Shown: piece after piece, positions 36,463 through 44,330 of the stretch | How positions within the stretch are numbered: position 1 is the first letter of the stretch | Layout of the letters: the number at the start of each line of letters is the position of its first letter | Assembly: GCA_038078715.1 (NCBI GenBank) | Contig: JBBTSU010000005.1 | Coordinates: 3,048 to 67,047 of the forward strand | Origin: Patescibacteria group bacterium | Lineage (GTDB): Bacteria > Patescibacteriota > Minisyncoccia > Phycocordibacterales > Phycocordibacteraceae | Direction of reading: 5' to 3' | Length of the DNA stretch: 64,000 nt | Notes under the pieces: model-generated | What the model saw: the letters and a program-made list of their open reading frames with translations, nothing else | The model's database searches: none | What the model was told of the DNA's origin: nothing | Position numbers and translations under genes: made by a program

Positions 36463-36923
36463 AATTGAACCACCTCTTGATTCCGTATCTCGCGCTTCTT
36501 ATTGTGATCTTTGGAAGCGTCATCACCGGTGGCGGTGTGGCCTGGTATCAGACGCTCACACTTCCAGTGTGGCATCCATCTGAAACTCTTATCGGTGCAA
36601 TCTGGATTACCATTTATATCGGTGCAGCGTGGTCCCTGCTTGTCGTCTGGAACACCATGCCACGAGACACCCGCTTCAAGTGGATCATGGGCGGATTTAC
36701 CTTGAGCACGCTCATTAACCTTGTGTGGAGTGTTGTGTTTTTCCACCTGCATGTGCTTCCTGCAGCAGTGTGGTGTGCGGTTGCACTTGGCATCTCCATG
36801 CTTGGGCTTATGGCACTCATCTTCCCGAAGTCTAAGAAGGCGGCACTTCTCCTGGCACCGTACACCATCTGGGTGTTCTATGCGGCGTACCTTAACTACA
36901 CCGTGTATCTTTTGAACGTCTAA
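36459..36923 (+). CDS. tspO: TspO/MBR (tryptophan-rich sensory protein) family membrane protein
   Basis: 154 aa, 5 TM, Trp-rich ('WYQTLTLPVWHPSE', 'LVWSVVFF'), and the C-terminal 'LLLAPYTIWVFYAAYLNYTV' typical of TspO. Confidence 0.7.
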   Translation: MKLNHLLIPYLALLIVIFGSVITGGGVAWYQTLTLPVWHPSETLIGAIWITIYIGAAWSLLVVWNTMPRDTRFKWIMGGFTLSTLINLVWSVVFFHLHVLPAAVWCAVALGISMLGLMALIFPKSKKAALLLAPYTIWVFYAAYLNYTVYLLNV

Positions 36924-36924
36924 T

Positions 36925-37347
36925 ATGTGGATGCTTCTTGCAGCGGGTTCAGCAGTTGCCGCAGCCTTTGTTGCTATCTTTGGAAAGATAGGACTTAAGG
37001 AGGTAGACCCAACCCTCGCCACCATCGTACGCGGGGTCATCATGGCCGTCATCTTGGTCATCTCAGGCTTCTTGTTTGGGAAGTGGAATGGGTTTGATCC
37101 TGCTTCCTGGAGTGGAAAGGCCTGGCTCTTTATTGTGCTTGCCGCACTTGCCGGTGCCGCTTCCTGGATTCTTTACTTCATGGCACTTAAGGCAGGGCCT
37201 GCAGGTTCGGTTGCCGTGATAGATAAACTCAGCGTCGTGATTGTCATTATCGCTGCGGCGATATTTCTTGGAGAAGCGCTCACGTGGAAGAGTATGCTCG
37301 GTGTCGTGCTCACGGTTATTGGTACCGTTCTAATTGTTCTTAAATGA
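36925..37347 (+). CDS. small DMT/EamA-like transporter (single 4-TM domain)
   Basis: 140 aa with four hydrophobic helices and an EamA-type sequence pattern. Confidence 0.6.
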   Translation: MWMLLAAGSAVAAAFVAIFGKIGLKEVDPTLATIVRGVIMAVILVISGFLFGKWNGFDPASWSGKAWLFIVLAALAGAASWILYFMALKAGPAGSVAVIDKLSVVIVIIAAAIFLGEALTWKSMLGVVLTVIGTVLIVLK

Positions 37348-37959
37348 GTCTCGGCTTCGCCAGAGGACGCGGCAGGCGAGTGTGCGATACGGCGACCATT
37401 TGAGTGCAATCATTTCTAGTTTTTTCACAGAAGTTCCACGCTTGAGTCCATAGAGTGTCTCCATACTTCGCACGAGTCCAAGGTCTCGTGGAGAAAAGAT
37501 GTCCGGGTGTCCTGCAGCAAACATCAAAAACATCTCGCAGGTCCAAGGACCAATACCCCAGATGACGGTAAGACGTTCGGTTGCTTCTTCTTTTGTGGCG
37601 CGAGCAAGTGTAGAGAGATCCAGTCCATTCTTTACGGCCTTTGCAAGTTCTTTAAGTGTCTTTGCTTTTGCCGCAGAAAGACCAGCCGCACGTAAGCGGG
37701 GGAGTCGCGTCTTTGAAATAGTCTCAGGGGTTACTTTCCCGCCGCAGGTTTTCCGCACCCGTTCCCAAATACTATCTGCCGCTTTGGTCGCAAGCTGCTG
37801 ACTGACGACTGAACTTGCGAGTGCAGAAAAAAGCGTAGAGTTCCCAACGCGTCGTTTCCGCTTCTCGGCAAGACTAGACCTGAAGGGAAGTGCTGCCGTG
37901 TACAAGACGGGATCACTCTCCTTCCAGTGTGTAAGTGCAGCGGTCACCTGTGGATCCAT
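37330..37959 (-). CDS. DNA-3-methyladenine glycosylase II / HhH-GPD base-excision glycosylase (AlkA-like)
   Basis: HhH-GPD region 'VIWGIGPWTCEMFLMFAAGHPDIFSPRDLGL'. Confidence 0.75.
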   Translation of the reverse strand: MDPQVTAALTHWKESDPVLYTAALPFRSSLAEKRKRRVGNSTLFSALASSVVSQQLATKAADSIWERVRKTCGGKVTPETISKTRLPRLRAAGLSAAKAKTLKELAKAVKNGLDLSTLARATKEEATERLTVIWGIGPWTCEMFLMFAAGHPDIFSPRDLGLVRSMETLYGLKRGTSVKKLEMIALKWSPYRTLACRVLWRSRDSFKNN

Positions 37960-38021
37960 TGGTCCTAGGCTATACCCAGAGGCACCTTCCCGCCACCCCC
38001 GAGGACGGCTATAATCCTCTC

Positions 38022-38216
38022 ATGACACGTCTTATCATCTGGATCATTGTGGGTCTTCTCGCCCTCTCGTTTTTCGGCATTTCGCTTCGTGGCCTCGTAG
38101 ACAGCCCAACCAATCAGGACAATGTCTCCTTCCTTACCCAAATGTTAAATGCAGGGTGGGACATGATCTCTACATGGGTTGAAGACCTTTGGGACTCTAT
38201 TCGTAATCTCTGGTAG
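38022..38216 (+). CDS. small hypothetical membrane protein
   Basis: 64-aa product with the TM span 'LIIWIIVGLLALSFFGI'. The internal start avoids overlap with the divergent alkA-like gene. Confidence 0.3.
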   Translation: MTRLIIWIIVGLLALSFFGISLRGLVDSPTNQDNVSFLTQMLNAGWDMISTWVEDLWDSIRNLW

Positions 38217-38219
38217 CGC

Positions 38220-38477
38220 ATGGACGAGGAAAAGAAGAAAGTGACTATTCGCATTCCCGAGGACGCTCGTCCGAACTTCTCTAATGTAGCGCAGGTGAAT
38301 GTGTCAGATGACTCAGTGGTCATGCAGTTTGCCTTTGTGCGCCCCAATACCACCCAGGGCCAGCTGGTTGCCGAGGTTGTGTTGTCCCCAAAGCACGCTA
38401 TAGAGTTCAATCGCGCTCTTGATTCCACTATTAAGAAGCACTTCACACGACATCTTGGAGAGGCTCAGGGCTCATAA
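38220..38477 (+). CDS. hypothetical protein (possibly DUF3467-like)
   Basis: 85-aa ORF; the size and the 'FSNVAQVNVSDDSVVMQFAF' pattern are reminiscent of DUF3467. Confidence 0.4.
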   Translation: MDEEKKKVTIRIPEDARPNFSNVAQVNVSDDSVVMQFAFVRPNTTQGQLVAEVVLSPKHAIEFNRALDSTIKKHFTRHLGEAQGS

Positions 38478-38998
38478 CATATCCATCAAAAATCAATTCA
38501 TACGTCGGTTTTTTCAATCTCTTTTAAAATCTCGGCAAAAAGAGCCTGAAGGGAAGTAGCTGTTTAAATCATATAGTGTGCCGTTTTTTATCTCGGACAC
38601 CAAGATCAGGGAAGTATAGATCTCAGATAGTAATTAAATGCCACTATACGACGCAAATTTGCCGTATACGAGTGGGAAGAAGAAGGTTGCGAGGGAAAGG
38701 GAGGGCCTGGCTATTGAGCCTCTTTCGCCCTAGGCGTACTTCGCAAAAGATATATTGTGCGAAGTGTAGCTCGTTTGAGCGGGATGCCTAGGAACTAGGG
38801 AGAATTAGGACACACTCTACTCTCTTCCCTGCACGACCTCACGGCACGAAGTTGTTGCCACTGTTAATGATGAAATATTCTTATCTTTTATCTTTGTGAG
38901 CATAGAGAAAGAGGAGAGACTCCCTACCCTAGGGGGGAAGCAGGGTAAATTAAGAATAATAAAGTGTGGAGAGGAATCTCTAACTCCCCTACCCCTGT
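38478..38998. other. 521-bp AT-rich non-coding region containing an imperfect hairpin (about 38735-38768)
   Basis: No credible ORF on either strand. It lies downstream of the minus-strand operon. Hairpin: 'acttcgca' (38738-38745) / 'tgcgaagt' (38758-38765). Confidence 0.5.
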
Positions 38999-39328
38999 CT
39001 AAAGCCCATCATACAAAAGAACTTCTCCTGGAAGATACGGCTTTAGCGCCTCATAGCGATGATGGCCCTTTATCTGATCATGGAAATAGAAGCCCGCAAG
39101 ATTCATGATCTTTTCCCCTCCAGTTGGAAAACCTGATTCATCTAGCTGATGTTTGATTCTCCCCCACACTCCCCTCACCCACGTCTTTATCTGCTCAGGA
39201 TTATCATAGTCTCTTATCGCGAGGTTGCTGTCCTCAAGCGCGTACTTATTCATCCAGTCAATAACAATATTCTCAACGACATCTTTCGTGATCTTATCAA
39301 GAGATCCCGGATTGAGTCCTTCACCCAT
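38999..39328 (-). CDS. hypothetical protein (last gene of the minus-strand operon)
   Basis: 109-aa ORF; 5-nt gap to the upstream small ORF. Confidence 0.5.
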   Translation of the reverse strand: MGEGLNPGSLDKITKDVVENIVIDWMNKYALEDSNLAIRDYDNPEQIKTWVRGVWGRIKHQLDESGFPTGGEKIMNLAGFYFHDQIKGHHRYEALKPYLPGEVLLYDGL

Positions 39329-39333
39329 ACAAA

Positions 39334-39495
39334 CTAGTTAGACTCAGTAGACGTCGCCTCCTCATTCTGAGGTCCTTGTACCCCCTCCCATATCTTTCCT
39401 GGAAGCTCTTCTACCGTTGCGCCCGGGAACATCTGCCCCACAAGTACGAAGAGTGCCACAATCACAAGTATCACCAGTGCGAGGTCTCGTGCCAT
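39334..39495 (-). CDS. small single-TM protein (53 aa), not in the ORF track
   Basis: 'MARDLALVILVIVALFVLVGQMFPGATVEELPGKIWEGVQGPQNEEATSTESN'; tightly packed between the flanking ORFs (gaps of 11 and 5 nt). Confidence 0.45.
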   Translation of the reverse strand: MARDLALVILVIVALFVLVGQMFPGATVEELPGKIWEGVQGPQNEEATSTESN

Positions 39496-39506
39496 ATAGG
39501 TATAGG

Positions 39507-40343
39507 TTACGCCCTCTTGGCCTCAAGGACAATCTCCTCGCCGGTGACTTCCTTGAACCTCTGGGTAAGCACGACGATTTTTTCTTTCACACCTGGTGGC
39601 AAACTCTCGTATTCCTTTCGTATAAACTCCCCCATTTCTTCCCATAGTGTCTGATATTCAGGAGGCAAGAAGCCTCGTGCACCCTCCCTCTTCTCTGAGA
39701 GCGCAAACATACAAAACATGGAGTACCCTTTCATACGACGGAGACGATGCCCTTCTGCCCCTTGTACGATAAGCAAAGGATCTGGAGTCTGTAGCTGCGT
39801 CAGTAGCTCCATATCACGATTAATGATAAGAGACGCAAGACTCCTCACATGAATCGTTCGTAAACGATCCTCCTCTGCTTTCTCGGGTGATCTGAAATCT
39901 TTTGCCGCCTGTAAGAGTGCTTGCAATGCCTTGTATGCTTCAGCACGATGATCCGTATTCATATCAAGCTTCCCCTGCGCATGTGCAGCATCACTCTCCC
40001 GATAATTAATTATCCTCTGGACATACTCTTCTACAGTCCGGTCATTAATCAAACGAGAATCATCGGTCCAGTCTTCATCCTTAAAATCACGTGCCAAAAG
40101 CTCCTCATCCCACTTATTCTCTTTCATCCAACGTCGTATGGCGAGACAGAAAGTAGGATTGAAGGCAAACAACGCAGGAAAGATGCGCGCATGCACCATG
40201 GTGGGGACCTGGAGATTAAGACCACTCCCCTGCGACATGTGGAAGGACCAGAACAAAAGTTCAGTAATATCCTTGGGAGCATACTCGGGAGTGTTCTCCC
40301 GCTCTTTAGGTGAAGCCCCTCCGTTTTGCTCATGTGTGCTCAT
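39507..40343 (-). CDS. hypothetical protein (278 aa)
   Basis: The start codon lies 1 nt from the LOG stop (translational coupling); no recognisable motifs. Confidence 0.55.
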   Translation of the reverse strand: MSTHEQNGGASPKERENTPEYAPKDITELLFWSFHMSQGSGLNLQVPTMVHARIFPALFAFNPTFCLAIRRWMKENKWDEELLARDFKDEDWTDDSRLINDRTVEEYVQRIINYRESDAAHAQGKLDMNTDHRAEAYKALQALLQAAKDFRSPEKAEEDRLRTIHVRSLASLIINRDMELLTQLQTPDPLLIVQGAEGHRLRRMKGYSMFCMFALSEKREGARGFLPPEYQTLWEEMGEFIRKEYESLPPGVKEKIVVLTQRFKEVTGEEIVLEAKRA

Positions 40344-40344
40344 A

Positions 40345-41133
40345 TCAACACTTCACGTTTTCAACGATGTAGTCAAAAGCTTCATCCACAGAATCCACCA
40401 CTTTGTAGATTGTGAGATCTGCCGCATCAATTGCAGCATACTTTTTCAGGAGTTGCTCCTCAAACTGTCGCATAATGGGACCCCAATACTCAGAACCATA
40501 CAGTACGATGGGTACACGATTAATCTTTTTGGTCTGCACCAGAGTCGCAATTTCAAAGAACTCATCAAGCGTGCCGAATCCTCCAGGAAAGAAAATGTAC
40601 ACCTCAGAGGCAAACGCGAGCATGGTCTTTCGCACAAAGAAATGATCAAAGGTGAGAGATTCAGTGAGATAATTATTCAACGATTGAGTATCCGACAAAC
40701 GAATGTTAAGTCCCACAGAGGCACCTCCTGCCTCATAGGCACCCTTGTTCGCTGCTTCCATAATGCCAGTTGAGCCGCCGGTGATGACGGCAAATCCGCG
40801 CTTTGCAAGTCGTCCAGCTAAATCAGTAGCCGCCTGACCAATGGCATCGCCAAAGCCCATACGAGCGCTCCCGAAGAAGCTTGCCGCAAGCCCGTACTTG
40901 GCGAGGATCTCAAATCCTTCCACAAACTCAGACATGATTTTGAAGATGCGCCAAGACTCAAGCTGGCGAGGCTTACAGACAAGCGGCTTGTATTCTTCCG
41001 TCACTTCCTCCTTCCCTTTCTTCACGGCATGCAAAAGTGCTTCCTGCATACGTTCGTGGTGCTCCTCCTTGCTTGCCGTGTGATTCTTCACTGGCGGAAT
41101 AATGCTTCGCCCATCTGTTTTTAGCTCATCCAT
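40345..41133 (-). CDS. LOG-family protein (cytokinin riboside 5'-monophosphate phosphoribohydrolase-like / nucleotide 5'-monophosphate nucleosidase)
   Basis: 'GGSTGIMEAANKGA' and 'PGGFGTLDEFFE' (the LOG PGGxGTxxE motif). Confidence 0.8.
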   Translation of the reverse strand: MDELKTDGRSIIPPVKNHTASKEEHHERMQEALLHAVKKGKEEVTEEYKPLVCKPRQLESWRIFKIMSEFVEGFEILAKYGLAASFFGSARMGFGDAIGQAATDLAGRLAKRGFAVITGGSTGIMEAANKGAYEAGGASVGLNIRLSDTQSLNNYLTESLTFDHFFVRKTMLAFASEVYIFFPGGFGTLDEFFEIATLVQTKKINRVPIVLYGSEYWGPIMRQFEEQLLKKYAAIDAADLTIYKVVDSVDEAFDYIVENVKC

Positions 41134-41714
41134 GGAATATCGTACGTATCAAAATCTGGTAGTAGTTTCTTATTATACGCTATGCGATAGATGACTTCCG
41201 CATGGCAGAAGGCACCAGTGAGCGCATTGTGAGGGCGCGGCTCTGGCGGAAGGCCACAGTACGAAAGCGCATATGTCATATCAATCGCCGAGTGGTTGTG
41301 TGCGACGGGTGGAATCTTTCCTTTCACTCGCATATGCGTCCACACGAGCGTATGGACATCTATCGTGCGCTTCGCAAACGGGAATTCTATTCCCGCGCGC
41401 TCACATGCCATACGAAGCATGTCGTGATCAAAGGACACATTCTGGGCTGCAATGGTGCGCTCCTCTACCCTATCCAGAGCCCAGGCGATAAAGGCCTTCA
41501 CGAGCTCAGCTTCTGTCTTCTTGGACGCATCCTTCACCTCTTCTTCTGAAAAGCCGTTTACTGCGAGCGCCTCTGCCTCTATGTGCGCACCGTCCCATAC
41601 GCGACACTCGTCATAGAACTGATTCTCTGGATTATCCAAATCAAGCGCCCCCAAAGACACAATGGAATTCTTCTGCGGGTTCACCCCTGTGGCTTCAATA
41701 TCAATGACAATCAT
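41121..41714 (-). CDS. DEDDh-family 3'-5' exonuclease (DnaQ/RNase T/oligoribonuclease-like)
   Basis: Exo I 'VIDIEATG', Exo II 'SFDHDML', Exo III 'HSAIDMTYAL'. Confidence 0.75.
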   Translation of the reverse strand: MIVIDIEATGVNPQKNSIVSLGALDLDNPENQFYDECRVWDGAHIEAEALAVNGFSEEEVKDASKKTEAELVKAFIAWALDRVEERTIAAQNVSFDHDMLRMACERAGIEFPFAKRTIDVHTLVWTHMRVKGKIPPVAHNHSAIDMTYALSYCGLPPEPRPHNALTGAFCHAEVIYRIAYNKKLLPDFDTYDIPWMS

Positions 41715-41716
41715 GG

Positions 41717-42217
41717 TTATTTCTTACGCATTATCTGCTCCATATGCGCCTGCTGCAAATCAAACATACGCTGGAACGCCATACCAAGGCGTTCACTTCG
41801 TAGTAACTGATCTAGATGCCACTGTTGACGATCGTCTTCAGTAATGATTCCGCGTGCCACAAGCAGGTCAAGTGCTTTGTAGCGAGTCTCTCCAAGCCTC
41901 CATATGGTTTGGAAGGTGTCTGCTTCCCCACCTTCTACCTGTTCAAACAAAAACAACCGAGTGAGCCGACGATATTCTTCAAAGCGTTCCTTGATCTCTT
42001 TCTGGGCGCGCTGTTCTGACTCGGTGAGCGTCTCTCCTGATATAGAAGGAAGACGAGGAATAATCGCATCTATCTCAGAGAAGACCTCATCAAGCTGTGT
42101 GAGAACCTGCTCCTCTGCGGTCACCCGCGCATCAAGCGATGACTTCATTGCATCAGTCTCCATTTGCTCAAGTATGCTTGGCTTCTGAGGATTATGTGAA
42201 ATGCCTTCATCACTCAT
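41717..42217 (-). CDS. hypothetical protein (166 aa, acidic/coiled)
   Basis: ORF tightly coupled to the flanking genes (gaps of 2 and 11 nt). Confidence 0.5.
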   Translation of the reverse strand: MSDEGISHNPQKPSILEQMETDAMKSSLDARVTAEEQVLTQLDEVFSEIDAIIPRLPSISGETLTESEQRAQKEIKERFEEYRRLTRLFLFEQVEGGEADTFQTIWRLGETRYKALDLLVARGIITEDDRQQWHLDQLLRSERLGMAFQRMFDLQQAHMEQIMRKK

Positions 42218-42228
42218 AGGTCCTCGTA

Positions 42229-42600
42229 TTATATCCCCTCGCAGTTAGCTGCAGGGGTGTACCCTGCCCCCTCGGCCTCTGTTTTTGTGGAGAACCAGAT
42301 CTTGTTCCCTTCGGAAATAGTCCGGGCTCCCGGGCAGCTCGGAAGGTGATACTTAGTGCCATTCACCGACCCCACATACACCCCCTCTCTGGCCTCAGGC
42401 AGGCTTGCGGTCACCGTAGCCGCCCCTAGGTCCTCTATATAGAAATCGGTCTCTGAAGCAAAATCCCGCTCATGGAGCATCCCCAACTGGAAGCTTGCGA
42501 TGGCAACCAGAATGACTAGGGCGAGATAGAGAGTATCGGTAGGGACCCGAGAGAGCATTGCCTTGCTTTGACGGCCTATCTCTGCTATATTCATCGTCAC
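42229..42600 (-). CDS. membrane-anchored protein with an Ada-N-like ('sunset') metal-binding domain
   Basis: N-terminal TM '[14 protein letters not shown]'; C-terminal '[39 protein letters not shown]' parallels the Ada_Zn_binding/sunset pattern (YHxPxCP...N..F.S..EA...GY.PC..C). The start is possibly the ATG at 42594 rather than the GTG at 42600. Confidence 0.55.
   Translation of the reverse strand: MTMNIAEIGRQSKAMLSRVPTDTLYLALVILVAIASFQLGMLHERDFASETDFYIEDLGAATVTASLPEAREGVYVGSVNGTKYHLPSCPGARTISEGNKIWFSTKTEAEGAGYTPAANCEGI
42583..42591 (+). promoter_or_regulatory. extended -10 element TGCTATATT upstream of rpmA
   Basis: TATATT at 42586-42591, 23 nt before the rpmA ATG. Confidence 0.35.
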
Positions 42601-42614
42601 AACAGCATACCACT

Positions 42615-42887
42615 ATGGCATCAACAAAAGCCGGAGGCTCAACAAAGAACGTACGCGACTCAAAGCCAAAATACCTAGGCATTAAGCTTGGTAATGGTGC
42701 AGCCGCACGTCCAGGTATGGTTATCGTCCGCCAGCGCGGTACGAAGATCATGGCCGGAAAGAACGTGCGTGTCGGTAAGGACCATACCCTCTTCTCAATG
42801 ACGACGGGTAAGGTTTCCTACACGGAGAAACGCAAAATGAAGTTTGACGGCAGCGTCTCTCGCAAGAAAGTCGCCAACGTTATCTAA
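42615..42887 (+). CDS. rpmA: 50S ribosomal protein L27
   Basis: '[28 protein letters not shown]...[14 protein letters not shown]' is the L27 signature. Start taken at the Met of 'MASTK' rather than the track ORF start at 42558. Confidence 0.9.
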   Translation: MASTKAGGSTKNVRDSKPKYLGIKLGNGAAARPGMVIVRQRGTKIMAGKNVRVGKDHTLFSMTTGKVSYTEKRKMKFDGSVSRKKVANVI

Positions 42888-42889
42888 GT

Positions 42890-42921
42890 AAAAACCCCGC
42901 CTGAAGCGGGGTTTTCTTTTA
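42890..42921. terminator. bidirectional rho-independent terminator between rpmA (+) and rplI (-)
   Basis: Stem 'accccgc'/'gcggggt', loop 'ctgaa', flanked by an A-run and 'ttttctttt'. Confidence 0.7.
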
Positions 42922-42932
42922 TCTTCCGAAGC

Positions 42933-43358
42933 TTATTCAGCTTCAACAACGATGGTGATCTTTCCGAAGTTCTCTCCGTAGGAAACCGGAACCTCAAAGG
43001 TACCGAGCTCCTTGAATGGGCGCTCAATAGAGATCGCATCTACTGGGAGCTGTGCCTTTTCAGCAATTTCCTTGGCGTCTACGGCGTCATAAAGGTGTCC
43101 CTGCTCGTTTGCCTTCTTTACGAAGACAATGCGCTCTTCTGCAAGAGACACGAGGCGCTCAGCGATAAGCTTGGCATCAAGCTCACGTCGCTCAGCAAAC
43201 TGCTTCTGCATCGCCTCTGCACGCTTTACGGCGTCTCCAGAAGCCGGAACTGCTGCCTTACGTGGGAAGAGGAAGTTAATAGCGTAGCCATCTTTCACGT
43301 CAACGACGGTATTGGCGCGGCCAGTGCCCTTTACGTCTTTAATCATTACAACTTTCAT
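42933..43358 (-). CDS. rplI: 50S ribosomal protein L9
   Basis: 'MKVVMIKDVKGTGRANTVVDVKDGYAINFLFPRKAA' is a classic L9 N-domain. Confidence 0.9.
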   Translation of the reverse strand: MKVVMIKDVKGTGRANTVVDVKDGYAINFLFPRKAAVPASGDAVKRAEAMQKQFAERRELDAKLIAERLVSLAEERIVFVKKANEQGHLYDAVDAKEIAEKAQLPVDAISIERPFKELGTFEVPVSYGENFGKITIVVEAE

Positions 43359-43376
43359 AGTTCGGCTATCCTACCC

Positions 43377-44327
43377 TTACTCAGACGGTTCTGCAAATGG
43401 GACTACCCTATGGAAGGTTGGCGTCCAAGTAGGAATTCCATTGTGCTCTTCGGGTTGAGCTTCAATAATAGTAGACATGGATTCAAGGAGCGACCGATAC
43501 TCTGCAATACCGAGTGACTGATCGTCAAAGATAGGATTAATCACATTTTCTAGAAAATCTACGATAAGCGTATCTCGTTCATACGGAGGAATGAGAAGTG
43601 CTGCGCGAAGCCCTGCATTGTCTGCAGGAGCAAGCGCAACCACGTGTTCCCCTTCTGTTCCTCGTAACCGAGCGACCTCATGAAGCTGCTGTGCAAGCAC
43701 GAGATTAGAGAAACCACGAAGCATCCAATACCACTGTGCCATGGTCTCTTGCTCCTGAGGAGAATATACGGTGAGACGTTCTTTGATTATCTCTGCGTCT
43801 CGTGTCGTGCCGCCCTCAGGAAGAAAGCTCATGTACAGCGCAGTAGTTGCGGCAACAGCGGCACCGCCCGCAAGCAGATTCCTTCGCGTATATGTTTCTG
43901 GACGAGGCGTCGTCACTATATGTCCTGCGACAAGGACGAACGCTCCCGCAGCAAGGAGGCGCGCAACGTCTTCATTGTTCATGAGTTTTGTCGGAGGGGC
44001 ATCAAGGAGACTAACCGGCATAGATCCAAACGTCATATATAAAGGACGGCGCTCCTGATACGCCAGACGTACGACAGAGTGTGCAAAGGGATAGAACTCT
44101 TCAGGATCATTCTGTAGCGCTCGATCAAGCTGTGAGGAGTCACTCATAGGGACAGAATAGGCGGTGACATGAAGATCTTGTAGCACTTCTGGATCTACCA
44201 CATGCCTTCCCTCATTTTGTTCTGGAAGAAGAGTGACTGGCGCTTTGTCGGGCCCGAGTTCAAGTGTATACAGCACTGAGGTCACCTCGTGTGCCTCCCA
44301 TCCGCCTTCAGCGCCAGTTCGAGCCAT
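43377..44327 (-). CDS. hypothetical protein with an internal twin-arginine-like motif
   Basis: 316-aa ORF; 'TRRNLLAGGAAVAATTALYMS' around residue 150; no catalytic motifs recognised. Confidence 0.5.
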   Translation of the reverse strand: MARTGAEGGWEAHEVTSVLYTLELGPDKAPVTLLPEQNEGRHVVDPEVLQDLHVTAYSVPMSDSSQLDRALQNDPEEFYPFAHSVVRLAYQERRPLYMTFGSMPVSLLDAPPTKLMNNEDVARLLAAGAFVLVAGHIVTTPRPETYTRRNLLAGGAAVAATTALYMSFLPEGGTTRDAEIIKERLTVYSPQEQETMAQWYWMLRGFSNLVLAQQLHEVARLRGTEGEHVVALAPADNAGLRAALLIPPYERDTLIVDFLENVINPIFDDQSLGIAEYRSLLESMSTIIEAQPEEHNGIPTWTPTFHRVVPFAEPSE

Positions 44328-44330
44328 ACG

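Noticed and set aside
38478-38998. Possibility that the 521-bp gap encodes RNase P RNA, tmRNA or SRP RNA.
   Set aside because: None of the conserved sequence blocks I can recall for these RNAs is present: the RNase P P4 'GGAAAGUCCGGGCUCC', the tmRNA 3' tRNA-like end and tag ORF, or the SRP 'GGUGCUGUUUACCAGG...'. An unknown ncRNA remains possible and is reported as a finding.
38576-39108. Two small plus-strand ORFs (38576..38791, 38896..39108) within the AT-rich intergenic tract.
   Set aside because: Arg-rich junk translation with no start context. The second overlaps the well-supported minus-strand gene. The region is treated as non-coding.
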